A stretch of 54,444 bases of DNA, filler included, from Sphacelaria rigidula (Eukaryota): assembly GCA_964200075.2 (NCBI GenBank). It is 4 parts of 4 records of this genome, joined end to end, with 100 filler letters (N's around TTAATTAATTAA, not from the genome) between each part and the next. Parts side by side here need not be neighbours in the genome. Positions count along the whole stretch, not along the records: positions 27,278 to 40,811 come from CAXNAA020002822.1; positions 40,912 to 54,444 come from CAXNAA020002823.1; 2 more parts are not named here. One strand, written 5' to 3'. The translations under genes and the position numbers were made by a program. This document shows, one piece after another, positions 35,504 to 45,739 of the stretch. The notes below the pieces were generated by a model. It saw nothing but the letters and a program-made list of their open reading frames with translations. It was not told the origin of the DNA and made no database searches. The first letter of the stretch is position 1. Each line of letters starts with the position of its first letter.

Positions 35504-38501
35504 TAGTACGTAGTTACGGCATCGCCTTTGATACTGACTCCAGTGTAGAAACCGTTACACCCAGCGAGCAATGATATCCACAGTAGTCAAAGCTGCAGAA
35601 GCAACCCATTGGCTTGCTTAGATACGTCGGTAGAGTGCGGATGGTAATAGGAGCGCCGTATATGCTCCAAGTCAACCGGTTTTTTCCACCGCTATACCGC
35701 ATTGTGCTTGATTGTATTTGCGGGCAGTGCAGTGCACCGGTTCATGTTTAGCAAATATAATAGAGTCAGCGTCGGGTAAATACTGCGCAGTATTTGTAGC
35801 CTTCACAACTCACCAGTGCTAGATGAAATATCATAGATTGAGAAGAAGCCTATCGCAGGTGTTGCACAGAGAACTAAAAGCAGGCACGAAAAGGGCCCCG
35901 TAGTCTTACCACCCATCACCCGATGCGCTCGTGTCAACCGTGCCATCCACGCAGCACGAAAGTCGTGCTGGTTAGCCCAACACTACCCCCACACATCTGT
36001 CATGATCTTTTCGGTCGGCAAACTGTTCTGAAATCTGAAATGACTACGGCTTGAGGACTGATGTTGGAAACTCCGGCGCTACTGGTGATTATTTTGAGCA
36101 TCACTGCCGAGCAAAAAATATGGACGGCAACATCTCAATAAATCCGAGAGGCTTCGATCGTGGCTTTAGGCCACTAGGTGGCGATAATAACCCCCCGCCG
36201 ACACCAACTCAACAGGAGCAACAACACCAACATGGAGGCCGTGTGTTTCAAACCTTGAGCGCCCCTAGTACCGTCGGCACACAAGCGTGTTCAGCTGGGG
36301 TGGAGGGGTTGAAGAGGCGACGGCGGTTGCCTGGACCTTTGGCGTTTTTCCAGCAAGGCGAAACAGGAACAGCACCCGGGTGGGTACATCTACTTCGTAG
36401 TTTGATGCGAATCTATCGTGCAGAGTAAGTCTAGGTGACGGAATATAACACCCCCATGTGATGAAGTTTTCAAAAATTACGAAGTCAGTTTTGTTGAAAA
36501 GCGAGACCGCACGTCCTGAAAGTGTCTCATGTCTTGAGAAGGAGTCATACAAGGGTTTTTGCAGCAGTGACGTTGTCATACTAATTTCGAGAACAGCCGA
36601 AGACGAAAAATAGATATCATCGAGAGATGGGGGTGAGTGGAACAGGGGTCGTACACTCCGTCACCTCCTCTCAGATATGGGGTTACGTTGTAATAGAGAG
36701 TTTCAGCAAACAAAGAATCGATTGAGGGATAACAATCAGAGTCAGGGATGAGAGTCCGGATCAGGGACAAGGCTGGGATATGCCCCTATGAAAGCCTGCG
36801 ACAAAAAAGTTAGACTCTGGGTTCAGGGTTTGAAAGCCAAAAATCCAGCCCTGACCGGGAACCCTGAGCGTTAAAACGGCTGAAAAGTTGCTGCTCAGAG
36901 TCACGTTCATTGAAGAGAAATAGCAACGCCGATCGATGCGAGACCTTATAAGAGCACAGCTATACGGTAGAGGTCATTGGAGGGGGTGATAGCCGAAGCT
37001 GTCAGCATAGATGGTGGCGTGTTATCGTCCGTGCAAGTTGAGGTAGATTTCGTCTTAAGTAGGCGCGAACGGGGAGAGGGCGCTACCCGAAATGACAAGT
37101 TGCAGTGGAGCTGATACTAGCTTCGGCAGGTGTGCCGCAGCAGCGTATCATGCAGCACCAAGACAACTTATTGTATTGTGATGTAGGACAGCGTCACATG
37201 AGTCCGGAGGCAGCGCAGAGTATGTTCTTTCAGCTAAACCAAGAGTTGCTCGTACGGTCCGCACAACCCTCTCTACTAATTGGCCGGGGAGGGGGGGGGT
37301 CACCCAGCTGAAATCATTTTTCTGAAACCGTTTCTTATGGGCACTCTCCTGGGACAAGAAATCTTCGAGACCGAACCGGGGTGGCGCATCAGTTCCTGCA
37401 CTCCAACAAGAATTTTTTTATACGCCCAAATTTGGCGCAGAGGGCGGGGATTGAGGGGGGGGTACTCGTTTGTTGCTTGCCTTATTAATGGTCGATTGAC
37501 AGGTGACCACGCATCCCTTTCGAGACGGAGCACCGTTCTTACTCCTGGTAGAGACACTTCCAACATTTGGGCGCTCATCACGCTTCTTCCATACACTACA
37601 CATAACCTTCTACATTTCTTTCCTTCGTCTTGTTTCACCGTCTGTGACCACCATCTATCTCCTAGTCCTAGTATAGCGATCGTTTTTTCGCTACTGTCCC
37701 ATGCGTCAAACGATTTCACGCCACCTTTGTTTACTTCCCGCATTTCCCCCTTTGGCACGTCCCGTTTCTTCTTGTATAATTCACACTCTGTCACTAAATG
37801 GGTTAAAGTCTCTATTGCTTCGCCACATGGGCAATTCCGCGCATCTACTTCCTTTTCCTCTCGACCACTGGTATGTATTCCTCTTGCTTCTCTCTGGTAG
37901 GTCCAGGCCCCCCACCCGAAATCGCCGTTTCAATTTTTTCACGGAGTCCATTGGGCCATGCAGATGTGTTTTCATCCCTATCCCCTCTCTCAAACCCCCA
38001 TATGTCTTCAGGTTATCTTCCTCGTCTACTTTTCGCCTTAGCGCTTCTTTCCCCCATGATTCTATCATGTCTCTTACCTCTGTCTTGTACCCCCTACATT
38101 CACCTAGCGACATTACCTCGTCTTGGTTTCCTCCTGTGTCCTTCGATAATTTCTTAACTGCGCCATCCCACCTCATTCCAGCACGCCCTTACATCTTTTT
38201 CTTCCATACAGTCCACAGTCCTATCAACTATGACCGGCAATGTCTTGCTTACGCGTGTTCCTTACGCTATGTTGCCATTTCATTTTTGTCATGTCTTCGT
38301 TCGTGTTGAGTGCGTACAATCCCAATTCTGTTCTCAATGTTGTATTACTCGTCGTTTTTGAGCATCTAAGTATTTTTTTAGCTGCACTGATCTGTACTGT
38401 TTCCAGCGTCTTTACCAACTTCACGTTTCCCTCCCGTACTTCTCCTTCACATCCCAGATTTGGTACAATCACGTTCATCAGGATACATTTGTTAATCCTA
38501 G

Positions 38502-38760
38502 CACATGTCGGACAGATCATGATCCGTTTGAAAATTACTTCTTCTCAGTATACTGATCCGGATCATGATCCAGATCATCTGACCCTACTTTTCCAGGTTT
38601 GTTCCTTACCGCGCCGGACGCCGAGCACGCCGAGTGGCGCAAAGGTTGTGCTTTGGTGTTTCTGACTCCGCGGTCACATATTTTTTGTTTTTTTACCAAC
38701 GGATTCGAGACTTTTCCTTGATTGGTTGTTTTGTACGGATCATGATCTGTCCGACGTGTG
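38502..38760. mobile_element. hAT-type MITE
   Basis: 26-bp TIR CACA(T/C)GTCGGACAGATCATGATCCGT; perfect 8-bp TSD AATCCTAG (38494-38501, 38761-38768). Confidence 0.92.
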
Positions 38761-39545
38761 AATCCTAGTATCTAGGTGCGAGTCTCTAAGGATCACGCCC
38801 ACCTTGTCTATCTGTGCCTTACCCTTTTCTATTACTTCATTAATGTGTTTTTTCCAAGAACAGTCTTTTGAGATCTCTACGCCAAGGTATATATACTGGT
38901 CTACGATCGGCAGTTCCTCTTTTGCCCACTTGCATTCGAACTCTACCGGATTCTCCTTATGTTCGGTACACACAAGTACCGCGCATTTGTTTACGATCGC
39001 CGTCACTCTCCATTTCTAGTGTGTTCGAGGACCTTTTCGTGCTCCTGTAATGCTTTTGGTGTTTCTGATATCCACACGAAATCATCCGTGAATATCAATT
39101 CCGATACCGTATCTTACCCCACCTTGAGTTCTTGCTGTGCTAATTTTATTGCTAGTATCACGTCATGAATAGAGACGTCAGGTCAAGTGGGTCAGAACGT
39201 GCGTCATTGTGCAACTCCTTGTGAAATATCAAAATAAGGTGGTATTTCCTCGTCTAGCACCATAACACTTTTTGCACATTCTGTCATGTTCACCATTCTC
39301 CACATTTTCCCTCTGATCCCAGTTCCCCACATCTTATCCCACAACCCATTTCTCCATATTGTCATAGACATTTTGTTCGTCTAGGAAGAAACAATACGTT
39401 GTTAGCCCGGCATCTTTCCTACCTTGAATAATCTTACCTAATGTGTAACCATGGTCTACGCAACTACGGTTTGGTCTAAACCCTGCTTGCCCCTCGCTAC
39501 TTTTCTTAATTCTCCAGCATCGTTCCCACTCTACCGTTCAGAATA

Positions 39546-40079
39546 TGGTATTCAGCATCAGAAGTCTTCAGGTTTGTTTTAGGAATGTACTCGCGTGCTA
39601 CTCTTCGATAGAACTCACAAGTGCTAGCGTTGGTAGATTTTGGTAAAATGAACAGAATCATCCGCAAAACACAGTGATAGTGATACTTGGTGTTATCGGG
39701 CGATACGAGTAGATACCCCGTTTATCAGGAGGGTGTTATTGACCGTGAAACGCAGTTTTTCGGCTCTAGTGCAATGAATAGGTAGACTTTCAAAAAATAA
39801 TCCTGTTAATTTCGTCAAAAATACGATCGGAAAAAGGCTCGATCGATCGAAAGTACCGAAGTGTCAGAATCTGGGCTGAAACGTGGCAGGACCCCCGATG
39901 ACCGGTCAGCCCGTAAGTCACTCAATGTTGAGCACAAATGATTTTTTTCCCTTGGCATATGCAGCGGATACGAGTATCTTCAGATCCCTAATGTGATGAG
40001 CGGTGGCAAGCGAAAGAGCCCAAGAAAATCGCCAATTACGAACAAATGACAAAATGAAAAGTTCAGACGCTAACTACTA
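39546..40079. mobile_element. Tc1/mariner-like MITE (same family as 45191-45739)
   Basis: Interrupts LINE copy 2 with a TA duplication; decayed TIRs; interior collinear with 45191-45739. Confidence 0.8.
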
Positions 40080-40694
40080 TATTGCAGAGTGTTTCCCCTA
40101 CTGTGCTCAGTAGCGTAATCCCTTCATGATTCCCTGGGCCAGCCGTGTCTCCTTTCTTGGGAAGGTTGACCACAACAGTATTCCTTCTCTCCACCTTTTG
40201 GGTGCGCACTCGATTTCTCATATCCTTCAATTATAGAGGATAACCACCATGGTGATCATTTCGTCTCCATTATTTAGAAGTTTATTCTCTTTCGTTTGCC
40301 CCTGCTGCCTTTCTCTTCTCGAGTTTAGCTACTCCCTCCTTACTGCCGCTCATGTGAAATTTCTCTGCGATTATTCTGAGCCACTGTCTTCCCGCTTTGA
40401 TGCCTCTACATGTGCCTCGGCCCAAGCGTTGACTCCTTTCTCGAATTCCGCGTCGAACCTCTCGTTATTTGTTGGTGCCGCTAGTTTTCTATGATGCTCT
40501 ACTAGCACTTCGCTCTTCGACTTACCAACAACTTTCCTGCTCTGGGCCCGTAGTACGGCTATCCCCTTGTCTATCTTTCCTGCGTAGGTTCCCCTTAATT
40601 TTTTTGTGCCTACCCACAGTTGCTACTTATATTATCCCCGTCCTGTTTCGCCGTCTGTGGCTAACATCTATCTCCTAGTATAACTGCATAACTG

Positions 40695-40811
40695 CCGCGC
40701 CCCGGTGGTGTAATGGTCCGACTGTCGCCATTAGGATGGAGAGAACGAGGGTTTGATTCCCGATCCGTTGCGTTTTTTCTTCGTAATATCTGATTTCCAC
40801 CGTGGAAAGCG
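40695..40811 (+). mobile_element. SINE family A, 5' part, cut by contig end
   Basis: Closely similar to 28415-28527. Confidence 0.9.
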
Positions 40812-40911
40812 NNNNNNNNNNNNNNNNNNNNNNNNNNNNNNNNNNNNNNNNNNNNTTAATTAATTAANNNNNNNNNNNNNNNNNNNNNNNNNNNNNNNNN
40901 NNNNNNNNNNN
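40812..40911. other. Artificial contig spacer
   Basis: N44-TTAATTAATTAA-N44. Confidence 0.98.
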
Positions 40912-41884
40912 GTTCGGCGAGTCGCATGAAGGGTGAGCTGCATCCTGCTAAGATTGTTCGGCCCGAAGCCTACTGATTATCTTATACAATATAGCACGTA
41001 GTGTTGAGCTAGCCGCGTGTCAGACTCGTCCTCGTGATTTCTTCGTAGGTCATACGATCACACAGCCCGAGTCAGACTGGTCGTTTTTTCATGGATAACT
41101 CGCGGAACCCAATCCTGAGTCGTTCTCATTTTCTCAAAAGACTGGTCGGACACGAGTTATCGTATGTCATGGTTCCTTGGACGTGTGCAAAGATCACACG
41201 GGTCGGACGAATGAATGATTCGTCTGATATTACCTGATTTTAGTGTGATTGATTTGTACCGTACTAATCGATCCTCGACCTTTGTTTTCAGCGTTGCAAC
41301 CCAGGTACGCGCAGCCCAGGCACGCGGAATGGCGCAGAAGTTGCGTGAGAACCTTCTTGACCATCGGTCGGCTTTTTTTCCCTCTTTCGAGCAATCAGAC
41401 CCGAGAAATCGTGGATTTGGTTATTCGAACCGGCGATGACTCGTCCGAACCGTGAAGATTACCGCATCGGCAAGCAGAGATTTTTGCGCACGAATTTTGT
41501 TCAGCGGCTGATGTCGAAACTTCGGAGCCAAACGAATCTGTTTTCGCACGTACCACAACAGCTTTGATGTGACGATGGAGTTCCAACAATGATATTATTC
41601 CGAATGGAGTCATGGCAGCCAAGGGAGTGCTACGTGTGTGTAGTACAGAAAGTACAACGCACCTGGTGGGAGTGTGGGACTCGTGCATGCGGATACCACC
41701 GACCTAGCGGGTAATCTCACACTGAGCAGACGTCAACCTGTTTCATCGTCCCACCATAGCTACCATACGTGGCAGAATCGCCGGCACATTTCTCCTGAAG
41801 AATATTTGGGCACGTGCTGTACTCGAACTATCTTAGTATAGTACGGCACTAGACTCTTTTTTTCCGCACTCTATTGGCGCACGA

Positions 41885-42095
41885 ATTTTTTGACACCCTA
41901 ATCGATCCCCTCCCCCTCTTCGGGACGAGTTCGTGGTCTCCAGGGATCAACCCACCTCTCCACACGTCTTCACGTCTTTGACGATGGAAGTCAAATATTT
42001 CGGAGGGTAAAAAACAAAAAAACGCATCTGATGGGAATTGAACTCGTGTTCTCTGCACCGTGATGGTGACCGTCTGACCATTAGAGCGCAGTTTT
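41885..42095 (-). mobile_element. SINE family A, internally deleted copy
   Basis: Reverse complement has TAATGGTCAGAC...GAGTTCAATTCCC head joined to GTTGATCCCTGGAGACCACGAACTCGTCCCGAAG tail region. Confidence 0.75.
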
Positions 42096-42126
42096 GCCCC
42101 GTATTTTACCCAGTACACATTGGCCG

Positions 42127-42485
42127 GTCGCCCCGGTGGCTCAGTTGGTAACCTCGTAACCTTCTGTTGAGTAGTGGGGGTTAATTCCTAGAGCGATCTA
42201 GTTTGTTTTCTCACAAGATATCCAACAGTGGAGAGCGATCATGTCGTGGGTACACAAAGTTCGACTTAACGGTCGACAAGGGGAAGGGACTGCTGGACCC
42301 CTCTCGCGATAAAAAATAAAGGCAAGCACCGCAGAAGGGAGGTGGGGTACTAAAAACAAACAAAGAAGAAAAAACCCCTGTGTTGATCTTCCTCCTGTGT
42401 GACCCCGGCTGGTGCGCCCACATATACCGAAAGGTGTAGACTGGCGCCCAGAATAAATAGGACGACTACACAACACACACACACA
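42127..42485 (+). mobile_element. tRNA-derived SINE family B with (CA)n tail
   Basis: GTCGCCCCGGTGGCTCAGTTGGTA (A-box), decayed B-box GGTTAATTCC, CA tail; TSD ACACATTGGCCG (42115-42126) / ACACATTCGGCG (42481-42492). Confidence 0.88.
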
Positions 42486-43789
42486 TTCGGCGCACGACCT
42501 TTTCGTTCGTATGGGCACCATTAAGTACATCAAGAGCTGTTGGGGCACACGCGTGATAATCCCCGTTCTGAAGGATATGTCTACTTCGCGATATGACGCC
42601 GCGGTTCTTGGAATATGTTTGGTGGAAGGAATTTCTTTTTTGAGTCCGGACGAGCTCGTTTTGTCCAGTGTGTGAAAAGTTTTGCGGAAAGGGTCTTCCT
42701 TCCTTGCAACCATGACCTGACCCACACACCACACACCGAACACGTCCTTCACTCATAGCAAGTGTGATTCCCGTTCATTAATATGGAGGCTTTTCCTTTT
42801 TTTCTTGTCAAGGCGCGATTTCTACATGAAATGGCCATGCTCGACGGTGTGAAAATGTGCTCAGACTGGGGAACACGTCCTTGGAAGAGAGGTGCCTTGT
42901 CTACATCAGCACGGAAAGATGGCGCTACAGGCTACGTCCGTGGCTAAGGCGCCCGAATGGCAAAGTATGCATGTCACTGTGTAGGTCGGAGGCGCCCTTT
43001 GACCGCGAGGGTAGGTCACGTGCTGAATCGAGGTTACCTGCTGAATCGGCATCAATTTTCACTTGAAAAAAGTATGCATGATGCAGATGGACTACCCGCA
43101 CCGCGGTCCATGCGTTAAACTCGAATTCACGACAACATTGGCTTCAAACCGCACTAGTACACTGACTGTACGACGCTAATGACCTTTTCATTGGGCTGGA
43201 GTACCCGCGATCCAGGCGTGAAAATTGGCAATTGCTTCTCTGCCGCATTCTGAGAGCAGGTGAAATGGTGAAAAACTCCGCAAATTTTTCATCAGGTGAA
43301 CGTCAGTGAAAGCTCAAGATGTTCACGTAGAAGCCTGGTCGTCACAGATCTCAGATTCATTTTGAAGGAACAAAGCAAAGGGCAACCGTCCGCGTGGTGT
43401 TCAGCCTGTCGTGATCTTCTCAAGTCAAGATTTCCCACTGTCTGCGACGGGACGTTGCCCCCTTCCCGGATAGCTTTACAGCGGTCTTACACAACGATGT
43501 TCGACTCGGCTTCACGCGGCCATGTCTCGCGCGAGACGGCGTACCAACGTTAAGGACAGCAACACATACACAAAAATAATGAAAAGCCTGAAAGGCGATT
43601 CTCATCTGTGTTACTGTAATACGAGCAATGACCGGCCGAGTTCAACGAACATGTCGGCAAGATATGCCGCTGCCTTCCCGCCAGTTCTGATGCTATACCC
43701 TCTATGTTTCTTACTTTGAATTGAAAAATGTTCCGATTGAGTACGGCATTGCTCATAATCGTCCTCTCAACCCACGAAGCGTACAAAAT

Positions 43790-44344
43790 GCGGAAAAATT
43801 AAATGCGCATCCGGGTGCACCATCGAACATCATGTGCACCCTGAGATAATGGCAAAAACACGTGCGGCTTGTCGGTGCCGCATGACCACGGCCCCGACTG
43901 TGGTGAAACTTGGGTCACATTTATTTCAATCCGAGCCAGCACAAATAACGCCGAGTACAATAGTACAACAGTATCATGGTGTCGCACTCTCTCTCATCTC
44001 TCACTACTCGTCGCGTGGTCGAGTCTGCATGATTTCCCACTGCAAGCTCGAAAACAAGAAATGTTCTGTATTGATTATTTCAAAGCTCAAAATTCTATGC
44101 ATTTCTTGTTTTCGAGCTGGCGGTGGGAAATCATGCAGACTCGACCACGCGACGAGTAATGAGAGATGAGAGAGAGTGCGACATCATGATACTGTTGTAC
44201 TACTGTACTCTGCGTTGTTTGTGCTGGCTCGGGTTGAAATAAGTGTGACCCAAGTTTCACCGACAAGCCGCATGTGTTTTTGCCATTATCTCAGGGTGCA
44301 CATGATGTTCGATGGTGCACCCGAGTGCGCATTTAATTTTCCGC
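43790..44344. mobile_element. Foldback element: ~245-bp highly similar inverted arms with a ~37-bp loop
   Basis: 43790-44062 is the reverse complement of 44100-44344 (left arm has a ~27-bp extra block); 7-bp direct repeat ACAAAAT at 43783-43789 and 44345-44351. Confidence 0.92.
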
Positions 44345-45190
44345 ACAAAATACCTTGGGCCGCCGATACCGGTGCGTCAAAATCTACTTGCGGAGTCAAC
44401 CGACACATGCGTAAATTTTCGCCATCGCCAAACACCAGGTGCGCTGCAGTCTTATGCCAAAAGAAGAGAACAAACAAATTCGGAACAGAATCCGACATCT
44501 TTTCGCCCCAATACGCACGCACACACCGCGCAACCCCAGATTCAGCAAGATATGATTGTTGTCTGTGGTGTACATGACATGAGGTCCGAGTTTCAGCACG
44601 TAAAAGCACTAACAGCGCTTGCACGGCCGTCTCTCCTGAAGTGAGCACCTCTACAGGCAATACCAAGAGAGGTACTGCGTAGAATGACATCATCCAGAGG
44701 TGCGCAATACGGATCGATGTGTTCGTTTGCCGGGGCAGGGGCCACCCAGCAGGAAGTGAGCGTATCTGCGTGTCATTCACTGACGTCTTACACAGTCTGG
44801 GCCGAGGGGACTGGGTTTAGAGGGCGTATCGATGGCATTGCCCAAAATCCGTATTTGGCTTCGTTTAACTAGCGCACCACGTAAAACGTGCCGCCGCTCC
44901 GGGGCTACGCTGTCTGTGTTGTGGTTTACCCCTGTGCCAAGTTTCAGGCTTGATGGAACACACACGGCGGAGAAATCCACAAGCAAAATAATCCTTGGTT
45001 TGTACTGAAAATACAGTACTAAACCCCGTTGAACCGTCGAAAGATACATGAGGTGCCTTCATATTATTTTTGTTTGCGGGAATCTTGGCAGTTGACTTGT
45101 GTTTTGTTTTTTTTGCGTAAGACTGGCTGTGTCTGGACACCCAACCTTCCCGAATACCGCCTCCATATTGTTGAACGGGAATAACACATA

Positions 45191-45739
45191 CAGTAGTGGG
45201 CGGTCTAACTATTTAGGAGTGTTTTGGGCATTTCCTCGCGTACTACTCTTCGATAAAACTCGAAATTGCTAGCGTCGGTAGATTTTGGTACAATGAACAG
45301 ATCATCCTCGAAACACAGCGCCCAAGTCAGTGTAGGTTGGTGTTATCGGGCGAAACGAGTGAAAACTCCGTTTATCAGGAGGGTGTCATTGACCGTGAAA
45401 CAGAGTTTTTCGACCCTACTGCGAAAAGTAGGCAGAATTTCCGAAAAATGAAACTGTACATTTTTTCACAAATATGATCGGGACAGGCTCGATCGACCGA
45501 AAATACCGACGAGTAAGAATCTGGGCTGAAACGTGGCAGGGCCCCCGATGACTGGTCAGCCCGTAAGTCACTCAATCTTAAATACAAATGTATTTTTCTC
45601 CTTGGAATGTGGAGCGGATACAAATATCTTCAGATCCCCGATGTGATAAGCGATGGCAAGCGGAACGAGTCCTAGAAAATCGCCAATTACGACAAATCAC
45701 AAAATGCCATGAAATGAATAGTTAGACCGCCCACTTCTG
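45191..45739. mobile_element. Tc1/mariner-like MITE
   Basis: 23-bp TIR CAG(T/A)AGTGGGCGGTCTAACTATT; preceded by TA; homologous to 39546-40079. Confidence 0.85.

Larger units (their letters stand above)
37463..40640 (-). mobile_element. LINE copy 2 (same family as copy 1), 3' end present, with two nested MITEs
   Basis: Collinear homology with 27278-29880; C-terminal LGDRWWSQT and WKKRDERPNVG...APSRKGCVV...KASNK; ends GAGTAC at a C8 run (G8 on the plus strand, 37455-37462). Confidence 0.9.

Noticed and set aside
36051-37311. Possible host exons (Q/P-rich ORF 36051-36428; ORF 37105-37311)
   Set aside because: No homology recognised and no consistent splice structure could be built.
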